Source of the DNA: a virus | Lineage: Duplodnaviria; Caudoviricetes | Direction: 5' to 3' (one strand) | Length of the DNA stretch: 64,000 nt | Virus record (IMG/VR): IMGVR_UViG_3300018492_000150 | Coordinates: 1-64,000 of that record | Part shown: in pieces, positions 28,982 through 40,041 of the stretch | Numbering within the stretch: the first letter of the stretch is position 1 | Layout: each line of letters starts with the position of its first letter | Notes under the pieces: generated by a model | What the model was told of the DNA's origin: nothing | Databases searched by the model: none | What the model saw: only the letters and a program-made list of their open reading frames with translations | Made by a program: the position numbers and the translations under genes

Positions 28982-29025
28982 GCTTAAACATTCTTATAAA
29001 TACTTATTTATAAGGAGGTAATAGT

Positions 29026-29466
29026 ATGCTATTGCAAAATAATTCACAGCTTTTGTTTTCAGTAGATATTCGATTATTATTTGATAATGGATCTACTAAA
29101 AGCGGAGTGTTCAATGTAAATGATTACTTATTGCTCAAATTTAACTATAATGGCAATAAATTACTTAAAGCTTGTAAGTTAGTAGATATTAGACCGGTTG
29201 TTATGAATACACAACCTGAATCTTATTCTTCTAAGCTTGTAATTGATTGCTCTGATAAATTTGCAGCTAAGAGATTAATTATACCTACAAAAGATATCCT
29301 TAACTTTAGAATTGTGAACAAAGATTTTATTGATTCTCTTGCTCCGGATTATAAAGTAACAGAGGATATGTTTAAAGGAGATACGCTTGCTCCTGTTCCT
29401 GAAGAGAAATATAAACGCCCTGGTGTTAATATTGGTGGAGTTGGACAAGCAAGATTCATTAGATAG
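29026..29466 (+). CDS. Hypothetical protein
   Basis: AAGGAGGT RBS; late-type promoter. Confidence 0.7.
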   Translation: MLLQNNSQLLFSVDIRLLFDNGSTKSGVFNVNDYLLLKFNYNGNKLLKACKLVDIRPVVMNTQPESYSSKLVIDCSDKFAAKRLIIPTKDILNFRIVNKDFIDSLAPDYKVTEDMFKGDTLAPVPEEKYKRPGVNIGGVGQARFIR

Positions 29467-29477
29467 GAGGGTTTCCT

Positions 29478-30215
29478 GTGGCTAAAACAATTTCACAGGC
29501 TCAGAGAAAGAAGATAGAATCTTATATAATTGGATTTTTTGATATACTTGATAAATCAGGTACAAATTCAAGATATTATAAAGAGCTATTTTCTACAATG
29601 ACAGATACTAAGTTTATGGAGTTTATTTCAAAGAAATACCCATTTAAATTCCAGATGCGACAAACTGTTACAGAACCTTCTATGGCGGATTGCGTAAAAG
29701 CATGTGACTATACAGGAGTTCCATTACTCGAAGAGATATATTTACCATATCTTTATAGAGATAAAAATGGAAATCCTGTTAAAACTGCTAAGTGTATGGT
29801 TGGATATCAACATCACAAAAAAGTTCAACAAATTGTTACCAAGAAAAGTAAATGGAGCTTGGAAACTGAGAACCGAGATATGAAAGGTGGCAGACTTATC
29901 GGACAAGATAAAGGTACTGCTATATCTGACAGAGAATTCGAAGGCCTTGCTACTCTTGGATTATATGACACTATGTATGAATTTGCAAGACCTAAAGCTG
30001 ATTCAATGAAAGCTAAAGCCGCTATGAATGCTGCTATAAGTACAAAAGGTTTTGTTACTCAGGATGATATACCAAATGATCCGAATGATTCTTTATCCAG
30101 AAATCTTGTAGATGTATATATGATGAGTGCGTTACTGGAAACCAATCTTGTAAATGAAGATGGTTACACTGCATATACTCTTAAAAATAAACACCGACAA
30201 GTGCAAAGACAATAA
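29478..30215 (+). CDS. RNA polymerase beta C-terminal fragment (probably virion RNAP)
   Basis: MVGYQHHKKVQQIVTKK...GQDKGTAISDREFEGLATLG...YEFARPKADS parallels the beta C-terminal vGymY..KL.H...GEME...kSD region. Confidence 0.65.
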   Translation: MAKTISQAQRKKIESYIIGFFDILDKSGTNSRYYKELFSTMTDTKFMEFISKKYPFKFQMRQTVTEPSMADCVKACDYTGVPLLEEIYLPYLYRDKNGNPVKTAKCMVGYQHHKKVQQIVTKKSKWSLETENRDMKGGRLIGQDKGTAISDREFEGLATLGLYDTMYEFARPKADSMKAKAAMNAAISTKGFVTQDDIPNDPNDSLSRNLVDVYMMSALLETNLVNEDGYTAYTLKNKHRQVQRQ

Positions 30216-30259
30216 ATAATGATATATTATTTATATGGAAAGGAAAGGAGGACTTACAT

Positions 30260-30421
30260 ATGGAACGTAATAACCAGAATGGTTCTTATTGTATTACTGA
30301 ACAGGGAGACCTTGGTTTAGGTACTACACCTATCAGTAAAGATTATGTTGACGAGAATGAAAAAATTTCTATTCCGAAGAATGCCACAGAGTTTGGTAAA
30401 GACAAGTCAACTGACAAGTAG
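30260..30421 (+). CDS. Small protein (53 aa), not in ORF track
   Basis: AAGGAGG RBS and TATATTAT upstream; MERNNQNGSYCITEQGDLG... Confidence 0.6.
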   Translation: MERNNQNGSYCITEQGDLGLGTTPISKDYVDENEKISIPKNATEFGKDKSTDK

Positions 30422-30491
30422 TTTTTTGAAATTGAAAGCTGGTGAGAGAATATCTCACCAGCAATTTTTTATCACAGGAGGAGTTTTATCA

Positions 30492-31280
30492 ATGGAAACT
30501 AAAAGAAAAAAATATGAAAAAGAAAATAAGAGACTTAGAATTTTAACAGTTGTAGCATTAATGCTTATGATTGCGCTTATTGGATTGCTAACTACATTAT
30601 TCATATCAGTAATGGTGAACAATGCCGAACATATTGAGAGACTAGAATTATCTCTTAGTGAATATGAAGGGCGATATAGAGAGTTAGTTGGTGCTAATAT
30701 GACACTAGATGTAGTGGAAGATCAAATAAATCAACTTAATGAAGAAATAAAAACCAAACAAACAGAGCTGACTAATTTAGAGGAACAAATAAAAATAAGG
30801 CAAGAAGTTTTTAATGAAGTATCATATAAGGCAGAAATAACAACAAAGTACGATTATGCTTTGTATGATACTGAGGGCAAAAGGAATGATTTGAATTTTG
30901 AATTGTTAGAGTTAGGTCACAATCTCATGACCGAATACGGATTAGATCCAAATTTATTATTTGGTATTATTATGGTAGAATCAGAAGGTCATGCTGGAGT
31001 TACAAACTCATCTTCTGGTGCTGCAGGATTAGGACAGTTTATGCCGGAAACAGGAGAATATGTTTCTACTAAATTTCTAAATACATCATATGATCATTCG
31101 GTAACTCCGTATGATCCGGCAAGTAATATAAGAATGATGGCTAGCTATTTAGATTATTTATATAAGAAATATAATGGTAATACAATGAGAGTATTAAAAG
31201 AATATTGTGGTGGAGATGATAGCTTTACTCAGCAGTATTATCAGAGAGTATGTAATGCGGTTGGATATTGTATAGAATAA
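30492..31280 (+). CDS. Membrane-anchored lytic transglycosylase (SLT domain)
   Basis: TM helix, coiled coil, IMVES, GAAGLGQFMPETG, YDPASNI. Confidence 0.88.
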   Translation: METKRKKYEKENKRLRILTVVALMLMIALIGLLTTLFISVMVNNAEHIERLELSLSEYEGRYRELVGANMTLDVVEDQINQLNEEIKTKQTELTNLEEQIKIRQEVFNEVSYKAEITTKYDYALYDTEGKRNDLNFELLELGHNLMTEYGLDPNLLFGIIMVESEGHAGVTNSSSGAAGLGQFMPETGEYVSTKFLNTSYDHSVTPYDPASNIRMMASYLDYLYKKYNGNTMRVLKEYCGGDDSFTQQYYQRVCNAVGYCIE

Positions 31281-31339
31281 GCTTTTAAGCTTATTTCAAC
31301 AATTTCAATAATAAAAATTTTTAAGGAGGATACATAACA

Positions 31340-32554
31340 ATGTATTGTAGATTAATTGGAGTTGGAGCAGCAGGAAATAAAGCATCTATTACGGCTGTAG
31401 AGAATGGTATTATTAATGTAAAGCACACTATGCTCGTAAACAGTACGCTTAAAGATATTCCTGCAGAATATCAGAACAAAGAAGGTGCTATCGTAAGACA
31501 GTATGTAAATGCTTATGGTGGCTGTGGAAAAGAAAGAAATTTATCTTTTGACCTTTGTAGAGATAGTCTTATGAAAGATACTCTTGGTCTTGAAGAATTT
31601 TTAGGAATTGGAGAAGAAACTGAATGTGAACTTTGTATTATTGTAGCTTCTACTGAAGGTGGTACAGGATCAGGTTCTGCTCCGTTACTTGCTAAATATA
31701 TAAAGGAATCTCTTGGAGTTCCTGTTCACGTATTTGGTATTGCAGGATTTGAAGATGATGTTCGTGGTATGGCTAATACTGTTGAATTCTTCAAAGAAAT
31801 GCAGAACAATTACACTGTAAGTTGTATTAAGAACTCTAAGTTTTTAACTGAGTGTAACAATAACAAAATCAAAGCTGAGAAAAAAGCTAATGAAGAATTT
31901 TGTAAAAAGATCTCAGTTCTTATGGGTCTTCAGCTGAGAGATTCAGAACACAATATCGACCCTACAGACTTATTGAAGATCTCTACAGAAGAAGGATATA
32001 TGATCATTGAGACTTGTGTATTCACAGAGAAAATCAAAAATAGAGAACAATTCAGACAGGCTGTTATTGATACTCTTGATAACTCCAAAGCTTTAGATAT
32101 TGATACTAAAGGTATGGCTAGGCTTGGAGTTATCATGAATATCAAAGAAGAAAGTGCTGACTTTATTGATTATGCTGATATAGTGATCGATAGATTTGGT
32201 CAGCCATATGAAAAATTTGAGCATATTCAGAATGAAGTAAACAGTATGCCAGAGTTTATCTCGTTCATTGCGTCAGGTATGCAGATGCCTACAGATGAAG
32301 TCGAGGCTATCTATAAGAATTACGAAGCTACCGTTAATCGTGTCAACAAGAACAATGACCCGTTCTTCAGTACAATTCATGAGAAACAGATCGATGCTTC
32401 CGATAAGAAATTTGATTTGAAAGACAAACAAAAATCAACTGTAAGTAAAGCTGATTTCTTTAAGAATATGCAAAGCCCAAAAGAAGCAGGCTTTAAAAAT
32501 ACCAAAACAAAAATGGTATCAGTTCCAGATGGAGCTAATAGTGAATACGAATAA
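31340..32554 (+). CDS. Tubulin/FtsZ-family GTPase (TubZ/PhuZ-like)
   Basis: IGVGAAGNK, GGCGKE, signature GGTGSG. Confidence 0.9.
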   Translation: MYCRLIGVGAAGNKASITAVENGIINVKHTMLVNSTLKDIPAEYQNKEGAIVRQYVNAYGGCGKERNLSFDLCRDSLMKDTLGLEEFLGIGEETECELCIIVASTEGGTGSGSAPLLAKYIKESLGVPVHVFGIAGFEDDVRGMANTVEFFKEMQNNYTVSCIKNSKFLTECNNNKIKAEKKANEEFCKKISVLMGLQLRDSEHNIDPTDLLKISTEEGYMIIETCVFTEKIKNREQFRQAVIDTLDNSKALDIDTKGMARLGVIMNIKEESADFIDYADIVIDRFGQPYEKFEHIQNEVNSMPEFISFIASGMQMPTDEVEAIYKNYEATVNRVNKNNDPFFSTIHEKQIDASDKKFDLKDKQKSTVSKADFFKNMQSPKEAGFKNTKTKMVSVPDGANSEYE

Positions 32555-32568
32555 AATGAGGTGATCAA

Positions 32569-33453
32569 ATGTATATCAAACCAGCAGAAGATACTGGATC
32601 AGTAACAATAGACTTTTCAGCCAATGTGCTACTAACAAATGATATGCTTGCAGATAAGATCAAATCATTAGATAATCTTAGCGATCAGGATATTTATATC
32701 CTGGTCCGTGATTATTATGATACTATTCTTACGGATATCTTTGAGTCTAAAGATAATAATAAGAAGAGTGACTTTATTGATTTATTTATGCAACCTAAAT
32801 TTATTATAGCATTGACTCAGGTAATGTATAATATTCCGCCAGAAAATATCACATCTCAAACAAAACGTCGATTGAATAAGATGTCATTTGACTATCTTAT
32901 GATTGATGAAAACGATAGAGATAAATATATCAGTGGGTTGCTGATGGCATTATCTAAAACAGTCAATAGGGATAAGATACCAAGATTATGTACTATTCCT
33001 CTTCCCGAGGATATGGCATCTCTTCTAGCATTAGCTAGATATTCATCTGAAAAAGAAGTTTTAAATGTAAAGAGACTTAATAAAGTTCTTATGAGCCAGC
33101 CATTAACTTCTTTATCGGAACAAAAAATTGTCGATATATATTTGGCGTTATTTGAGCATGTACTTCCACTGTTTACTGGAGTATTACTTGACGTAGTATC
33201 TCCGCAAAATATGAATTCAAACTCAAGTGAAATTTATGGTTTGATCACATTAGCAATGCTTGATATTATGAATGAGCTTCCAATAGCCGACATCAAGACA
33301 GGATTAGTGAGATTTGAAGAGACCAGACAAATATGGTACCCTGACAGTCCATTAAGATTGAATCTTGAGAGCTGTTCAGAAGAAGATTACCCGAGAGTAT
33401 TATGTGCAATTGATCAGTTGAAAACTGAAGGAGTTTATATAACGACAAAATAA
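32569..33453 (+). CDS. Hypothetical protein
   Basis: GAGGTG RBS; operonic with the tubulin gene. Confidence 0.75.
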   Translation: MYIKPAEDTGSVTIDFSANVLLTNDMLADKIKSLDNLSDQDIYILVRDYYDTILTDIFESKDNNKKSDFIDLFMQPKFIIALTQVMYNIPPENITSQTKRRLNKMSFDYLMIDENDRDKYISGLLMALSKTVNRDKIPRLCTIPLPEDMASLLALARYSSEKEVLNVKRLNKVLMSQPLTSLSEQKIVDIYLALFEHVLPLFTGVLLDVVSPQNMNSNSSEIYGLITLAMLDIMNELPIADIKTGLVRFEETRQIWYPDSPLRLNLESCSEEDYPRVLCAIDQLKTEGVYITTK

Positions 33454-33578
33454 ATATAACCAGGTGCAGTTTATGCACCTGGTTTATTTTTTCCTAATTA
33501 TATGGTTTTAGGTACAATCAGGTTATTTTTTATTATAGTAAAAACTATATAGTAAAATTTATTAAGGAGGTTTTTGTT

Positions 33579-34814
33579 ATGGGTTTAGTGGAAAGTCTAT
33601 TTAGAACCAAAATGAAAGCAATTAAAGACCCAAGAATGAGTAAAGAAAGTGAGCCAGATTTTGCATATCCGACAGGATTTCTTACATTTGATTTTATGAA
33701 TGGAACAGTTGTTCATGTCAAGAAAGATGATATGAAATTTACATATAATTCCATTGGTATTGTAGACGGTTCAATGGTTACAGTTATCGGTAGATCTAGT
33801 AGTGGTAAAACTACTTGGTGTGTACAGACTGCTGGAAATATCATTAGACCATTTAAATCTTCATGTATTTGGATGGATAGTGTTGAAGGTGGTATTGTTG
33901 ATACCAGAGCACAGGCATTGTTGAATATGTATGGAGAAGATTTCAAAGAAAGATGGATTCCTAGAAATACAGGTGTTACTGCAGAGAACTTCTATGAACG
34001 TATCAGATACGTTCATGATTTAAAAATGGAAGTTGCAGATCAGATTACATATGATACAGGTGCATATACTGCTAACGGTGAAAAAATTTATAAGATGGAA
34101 CCGTCCGTATATATTCTTGATAGTTTGGCTATGCTTACACCAGATAAATATACAGAGGAAGAAGAATTATCTGGACAGATGTCAGTTACAGCTGCAGCTA
34201 AGGTTAATACTACGGTATTTAAACGTATTATTCCAATGCTTAAATCTGCAAATATCATCTTATTTGTAGTAAACCATATTACAGAAAATGTAGATATCTC
34301 ACCATTTTCTAAGAGTCAAGGGCAGTTATCATATCTTAAACCTGGAGAAAGATTAGGTGGAGGTAGAGCTGCTATTTATGTAACAAACTTACTGGTTAGA
34401 CTTGATGACCATTCGAAGATGAAATCTGACGAGGGGTTAGGCATTGATGGTTCTCTTGTAGACTTTACATTGTTGAAATCAAGAACTTCAGCTGTAGGTC
34501 AAAAGACAACATTAGTATTTAATTACAGTGGAGGCTTTGATGCTGAGTTATCATTATACTACTTCTTGAAGACTAAGAAGTTGGTTAATGGCGCAGGTAT
34601 TGGATTGTATCTGGGAGATAGAAATGATTTGAAATTCTCTCAGAAGAATCTTAAAACTAAACTTAGAGAAAACGAAGAGTTTAGAAAAGTATTCATATCA
34701 TATTGCTTACAGGCACTTCAGGAACTTATCTATGATCCTGGGGTTGATGAATCTCAAGAAAATACATTTGATCTTACATCACAGATCTTGTCACAGATTC
34801 AAATGGCTGCTTAG
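33579..34814 (+). CDS. recA: RecA/UvsX-like recombinase
   Basis: PTGFLTFD, GRSSSGKTT, DSVE, ILDSLA, FVVNH, GGRA. Confidence 0.88.
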   Translation: MGLVESLFRTKMKAIKDPRMSKESEPDFAYPTGFLTFDFMNGTVVHVKKDDMKFTYNSIGIVDGSMVTVIGRSSSGKTTWCVQTAGNIIRPFKSSCIWMDSVEGGIVDTRAQALLNMYGEDFKERWIPRNTGVTAENFYERIRYVHDLKMEVADQITYDTGAYTANGEKIYKMEPSVYILDSLAMLTPDKYTEEEELSGQMSVTAAAKVNTTVFKRIIPMLKSANIILFVVNHITENVDISPFSKSQGQLSYLKPGERLGGGRAAIYVTNLLVRLDDHSKMKSDEGLGIDGSLVDFTLLKSRTSAVGQKTTLVFNYSGGFDAELSLYYFLKTKKLVNGAGIGLYLGDRNDLKFSQKNLKTKLRENEEFRKVFISYCLQALQELIYDPGVDESQENTFDLTSQILSQIQMAA

Positions 34815-34849
34815 TGATATATTATATATTTGAAGGAGGTATAGTGTAT

Positions 34850-35032
34850 ATGCCTGATAAAAATATATACTGCGATATGGCTACATATATAGAAGAGGAG
34901 TATATTTGTTGGTACACGGGTCGTCCGTGTACCATCTCTCCTATTCCTAATAAGTATCTATGCCATACATATGACAGTAATGTACAGAAACATAATAAAC
35001 ACAGAGAGGAGAAAAACGTCAATGGAAAGTAA
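34850..35032 (+). CDS. Small Cys-containing hypothetical protein
   Basis: AAGGAGGT RBS; four Cys. Confidence 0.55.
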   Translation: MPDKNIYCDMATYIEEEYICWYTGRPCTISPIPNKYLCHTYDSNVQKHNKHREEKNVNGK

Positions 35033-37235
35033 TTTCAGTCAAGACATTAAACAGAATGCGGAGAGATTAAACAGCAAAGAAGAAATTTTAGGAAAAGGGT
35101 TATGTCAACCGTTTGTCGACTGTAATTCTGGATCAAGAAAACTTATGTTTTCTATTCATATGGAACAATCATTACCTCTTGTTCATCCAGAAGTCCCATT
35201 TGTAATGACTGGTTATGAACAAGAATATGGAGATAGATCTTCATCTATTATTAAAGCTGATACTGATTATGAAGTTGTGGCAAAGGTATCTAAGTTTGCT
35301 GATGCTCCACAGCACCATTATTTCTTAATCTTAAGAAATATCCATAACAATAAACTCAATTTTATTGAGAGAAAAGAATATACTCATTCAACAGAGACGT
35401 ATGGATATGCTTATGACAATACCGTTCTTGATAATTTGGATATTTCGTACGAAGTTCCAAAAGATGAATTATTGAGAAAATCAACAGCATTTGACCAGAG
35501 TATGAATCCAATGGATAGTGTAAACTTACTTGGAACTTATGTGGCTACTGATGTAACTATGGAAGACAGTATCTGGTTATCAGAATCTGCAAGACAAAAG
35601 TTAACGTCAAGATTATATAAGAGAGTAACAGTAAATATCAATGATAATGATATCCTTCTTAATCTTATGGGAGATGATGATCATTATAAGAGTTTTCCTA
35701 TGATCGGTGAATCTATTAAAAATGGCATTTTATGTGCAGTAAGACGAGAGAAGATTGAAGATTCTTTATTCACTCAGTCAGTAAGTATGCTTCAGAATAT
35801 TCTTATGTCTGATGATAAATACACTCCAGGTGAAAATGGAATAGTTATTGATATGGATATTCATTGTAATAATCCTGAGATTTTAAAAGAGAAGTACTCT
35901 AATTCTCAGGTTCTATATTGTTATAATGACCATATTAGGTTTATAACTGAGTTTGTTAGCACTATTGACAGACTTAAGAAACAATATAATCTTATCGACA
36001 CTGATTTAGACTATCATTTAGGTAAGATGTATTACAACTTTAAAAGAGAATTGGATGGAGTTCAGTTTAGAAATCAGAAAGTCTATAGCGGTATTGTTAT
36101 CGACTTTATTGTAAAAGAATTGAATATTCCATCTACAGGAGATAAATTGGCAAATAGATATGGAGGAAAAGGTGTTATCGCTAAAGTACTTCCAGATGAT
36201 CAGATGCCAAGATTGACTCTTACAGATGAACCTATTGAGATCCTTATCAATAGTTCAACTTGTATTAACCGTGAGAATATTGGACAGTGGCATGAAATGT
36301 CACTCACTCATGTCGGTAAATGTATTACTGACTTAATTAAATTAGGATACTTTGATACAAATGAAGCGTTTCAGGAAATTATTAAATTCTTGGGATTCTG
36401 TGCACCTAAGGAAGCTCAAGATATGGTACAATATATCAATGCGTTATCTAGTGAAGAAAGAGATATTTTCTTACAGTCTATTGTAGATAGTGGAAATATT
36501 GTATTATCTATTCAACCTATGACAGAATCAATGAGTCTTGATATGCTTGCAGAGTTATACAAAGCATTTGATTATGTAACTCAGAGAAGAATAATGATGC
36601 CATTAGAATCATCTACTGGACAGATTAGATTTGTACCAGCAAGAAGACCTGGAGTTGTTGGTCATATTGCAATGTACAGATTACAGCAGTATGCTGAAGA
36701 GAAACATTCAGTTACTTCATTATCTTCTACTAACCTTAGAAATGAGAATAGTAGAAATAAAGCTAATAAGTATTATAAGTCTACACATCAAGCTACTCCT
36801 GTAAACTTTGGAGATATGGAATGTGGAGACCTTGGTCATATTGGATTTGAAAATGTAATCACAATGCTGATGATTCATTCAGTATCACCACATGCAAGAC
36901 GACTTGTAGAGAACATGTTTATTGATGATCCGTATTTGGTAGATATTAAACTTGATGAAAATTCAAGTAATCGTAGTGCAGAAATATTAAACACATATCT
37001 CAAGTCTATCGGGTATAAACTCGAGTTTGAAAAGGTTAGAAAGAAAACAACTAAACCGTTTACTAGAAAACCATTCACTATTACAAGAGATACAAGTATA
37101 AAACCATTTATACAAGTAGATAAACAGATTATCCAGAATATGGAAGATTATCTTAACTGGATGGCTGCTTGTGAGGCTGCTGCTAGAAAGAAACCTTTCA
37201 AGTATAGACCATTCACCTACAGAGATGATAAATAG
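35022..37235 (+). CDS. RNA polymerase beta subunit, C-terminal half (probably non-virion RNAP)
   Basis: MEDSI, GDKLANRYGGKGVI, INRENIGQ, FGDME. Confidence 0.92.
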   Translation: MESNFSQDIKQNAERLNSKEEILGKGLCQPFVDCNSGSRKLMFSIHMEQSLPLVHPEVPFVMTGYEQEYGDRSSSIIKADTDYEVVAKVSKFADAPQHHYFLILRNIHNNKLNFIERKEYTHSTETYGYAYDNTVLDNLDISYEVPKDELLRKSTAFDQSMNPMDSVNLLGTYVATDVTMEDSIWLSESARQKLTSRLYKRVTVNINDNDILLNLMGDDDHYKSFPMIGESIKNGILCAVRREKIEDSLFTQSVSMLQNILMSDDKYTPGENGIVIDMDIHCNNPEILKEKYSNSQVLYCYNDHIRFITEFVSTIDRLKKQYNLIDTDLDYHLGKMYYNFKRELDGVQFRNQKVYSGIVIDFIVKELNIPSTGDKLANRYGGKGVIAKVLPDDQMPRLTLTDEPIEILINSSTCINRENIGQWHEMSLTHVGKCITDLIKLGYFDTNEAFQEIIKFLGFCAPKEAQDMVQYINALSSEERDIFLQSIVDSGNIVLSIQPMTESMSLDMLAELYKAFDYVTQRRIMMPLESSTGQIRFVPARRPGVVGHIAMYRLQQYAEEKHSVTSLSSTNLRNENSRNKANKYYKSTHQATPVNFGDMECGDLGHIGFENVITMLMIHSVSPHARRLVENMFIDDPYLVDIKLDENSSNRSAEILNTYLKSIGYKLEFEKVRKKTTKPFTRKPFTITRDTSIKPFIQVDKQIIQNMEDYLNWMAACEAAARKKPFKYRPFTYRDDK

Positions 37236-37246
37236 GAGGTAACGTT

Positions 37247-37546
37247 ATGAAAATATTTATTAGTCAACCCATGAGAGGAAAAACAGAACAGCAAATTTTA
37301 GATGAAAGAATGAAAGCTGTAGATAAAGTATCTAAGATTTTTAATGATGAAGAAGTTATTATAGCAGAGTCATACCAAAAAGATCTTCATAAAAATGCAA
37401 ATCCGTTATACTGTCTCTCTAAATCATTGGAATTAATGAGCAAGTGCGATTTGGTTGTATTTGTAGAAGGATACCAGAATGCACGTGGATGTAAAATTGA
37501 GCATGAATGTGCTAAAGAGTACGGATATAATATATTATATCTTTGA
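37247..37546 (+). CDS. DUF4406/nucleoside deoxyribosyltransferase-like protein
   Basis: KIFISQPMRG...CD...GYQNARGCKIE...A. Confidence 0.7.
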   Translation: MKIFISQPMRGKTEQQILDERMKAVDKVSKIFNDEEVIIAESYQKDLHKNANPLYCLSKSLELMSKCDLVVFVEGYQNARGCKIEHECAKEYGYNILYL

Positions 37547-37605
37547 TAATAATACAGGTAGGATAGCAAAATATCCTACCTGTAAAAATTCGAAGGAGGT
37601 TTAAA

Positions 37606-40041
37606 ATGATATCTTTAAAAGAGATACTACAGCAATTAAAGTCTGGTAATTTTTCAGCAGCTTATGATAATATAGAATTCATAAATGAAAGAGCTATGGA
37701 AATATTGAATTATCCAGACGATTCTATCAAGAATACAAGTTCATTATTAGATGATTTAACCAATCTTATTTATATTGGTAATATTACGTATAACTATAGC
37801 GATTCTGATGTATTGCCGATAGATGATGGCATATATGATCTATTGATTGCCCAGTTGCAGCGTATAGATTATAATCGTTGTCCTGTAGGAGCGATACCTA
37901 TCGATACTATCAATGTGAATGATAAGTATTCTCCAAAACTTGATTCTGATGAACCTATTAAACCGTTCACAAGAATGACTACTGAGGATATGATTAAATT
38001 GGAAGAAAGTTTCTATCCATCTATCCTCAATATGAACAAAGCATTTGACCCAAGAGCTAATATGGAGAAGCCTTTTATACGATTAGGTGTAAAAGATTCT
38101 TATATAAGTAAAAGGGTTAGAACCGTTTCTCATAATTATCCTAATCTTGTGGGTACTCTTGAGAAGTGCAAGTTTGTTTTAGATAAACAGGCTATTGATT
38201 TAGGGGTATTTGAAGATTCGAATGTCACTGTATTAGAAAGAGACTTCTTTGTTCCATTATTGAACAGAGGTTTGATTGATTATAATACTCCAATTCAAAT
38301 GATTGGTACTCTTAAGTATGATGGAGTATCTATAGAGGCAGATGTAAATACAGAGATTATATCTGCAAGAACAAGAGGAGATACTGATTTAAACGAAGCT
38401 AGTGATTTAACGCCTATCTTCGAAGGTTATAAGTTCCCTAATGCTAGAGAATTATCTGAACCTATCGGTATGAAATTTGAAGCTATTGTACTATATGATG
38501 ATTTAAAGAAACTTAATGAGTTATATGGTACGAATTATATCAATGGAAGAACAGCTATCATTGGATTATTAGGATCATCTGATGCTAGAGCTTTAAGAGA
38601 TTTTATAACTCTAGTTCCATTACAATGTGATTTTGGCCCAGATGTTGTTAAACCTGATAGGGTTACAGAAATACAATTTCTAAATAAATATTATGCAAAC
38701 AGAGAGTATTTGAGATGGGTTGTTATTGAGGATACCTATACCAATTTATTATTCAGAATTAAAAAGTACGTGGAAGAGGCAGAGTATTTTAGAGCATGGT
38801 CTAGATTCATGTATGATGGCGTGGTGCTTGAATTTACAGATCCATATCTTGTAAATACTTTAGGAAGAAAGAACTCTATCAACCAATATGCCATGGCAGT
38901 TAAGTTTAATCCATTAAAAAGAATAACTACCTTTACCGGATTCACTTATACTGTAGGACAGAACGGAGCAATAACTCCAATGATTCATTACACTCCAATA
39001 GAATTTCTTGGTTCTATTCATACTAAGTCTACAGGATCATCATATGAAAGATTTAGAGATCTAAATCTATTCATTGGTGATAAGATTGAAGTGACTTATG
39101 TAAATGATGTGATGCCGTATGTCAATAAACTTGATATAGATGCAAATACTCAAAATCATTTACGAGAACCAAATCCAGAAGAAATGTTTCCAACTCATTG
39201 TCCTTGTTGCGGAACAGAACTTGTAGAATCAGCTAGGGGTAAAACAATGTATTGTCCCAATATGAATTGTGAAGAGAGACAAAATCAGAGACTTACTAAT
39301 ATGCTTAGTAAGTTAGGAGTTAAGAATTTCTCTCAAGCAGTAATAGAAACATTAGGGTTATATACTTTGAAAGATTTCATGAATTGTTCTACAGATGATT
39401 TAGCGGTACTTGGACCTACAAATAAAGTTAAGTTCTACGAAGAGCTTCATAAATTAAGAACAAATCCGTTACCTGATTATATGGTAATTGGAGCTCTTGG
39501 GTTTACTAATATTGCTTCTAAGAAATGGAAGTTGATATTCAGTAATATTAGTCTAGAGAGATTATATATGTCATATATTCAGGAAAATGCTAATCCTGAT
39601 ATGTTTACGATTATGTCTACTTCTGGAGTTGTATATAACTCTTTAGAAGATTTTATATCAAATATAAAAGGAGTAGGGCCTATCACTGCAAAAACTATAT
39701 GTGAAGAGTTCGACTTCTTTATAAAAGATATAGATTATATAATATCTAATAGATTATATAGAGAAACTCCTATAGGTAATTCTGAAGAAAAATACCAGAT
39801 TAGATTCACAGGATTCAGAGATAAACAGTTAGCTGAAGTTCTTAACAAATTTCCATTCATTGATTGTGATGGAGATGCAGGAATTACAAAGAAGACAACA
39901 ATACTATTAGTACCGTTCAAGGGTCATACTTCTACTAAAGTAACTAAAGCTTTAAAGTATGGAGTTAAAGTAGTAGATGTAAAAGAATTTCTAGAACATC
40001 CTGGTTTATATATACCAGAGATGGACGATGTAGAAATTTAA
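37606..40041 (+). CDS. ligA: NAD-dependent DNA ligase
   Basis: KYDG, TRGD, YDGVV, AVKF, VGQNGAITP, CPCC...C...C zinc finger, HhH and BRCT (FTG). Confidence 0.93.
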   Translation: MISLKEILQQLKSGNFSAAYDNIEFINERAMEILNYPDDSIKNTSSLLDDLTNLIYIGNITYNYSDSDVLPIDDGIYDLLIAQLQRIDYNRCPVGAIPIDTINVNDKYSPKLDSDEPIKPFTRMTTEDMIKLEESFYPSILNMNKAFDPRANMEKPFIRLGVKDSYISKRVRTVSHNYPNLVGTLEKCKFVLDKQAIDLGVFEDSNVTVLERDFFVPLLNRGLIDYNTPIQMIGTLKYDGVSIEADVNTEIISARTRGDTDLNEASDLTPIFEGYKFPNARELSEPIGMKFEAIVLYDDLKKLNELYGTNYINGRTAIIGLLGSSDARALRDFITLVPLQCDFGPDVVKPDRVTEIQFLNKYYANREYLRWVVIEDTYTNLLFRIKKYVEEAEYFRAWSRFMYDGVVLEFTDPYLVNTLGRKNSINQYAMAVKFNPLKRITTFTGFTYTVGQNGAITPMIHYTPIEFLGSIHTKSTGSSYERFRDLNLFIGDKIEVTYVNDVMPYVNKLDIDANTQNHLREPNPEEMFPTHCPCCGTELVESARGKTMYCPNMNCEERQNQRLTNMLSKLGVKNFSQAVIETLGLYTLKDFMNCSTDDLAVLGPTNKVKFYEELHKLRTNPLPDYMVIGALGFTNIASKKWKLIFSNISLERLYMSYIQENANPDMFTIMSTSGVVYNSLEDFISNIKGVGPITAKTICEEFDFFIKDIDYIISNRLYRETPIGNSEEKYQIRFTGFRDKQLAEVLNKFPFIDCDGDAGITKKTTILLVPFKGHTSTKVTKALKYGVKVVDVKEFLEHPGLYIPEMDDVEI

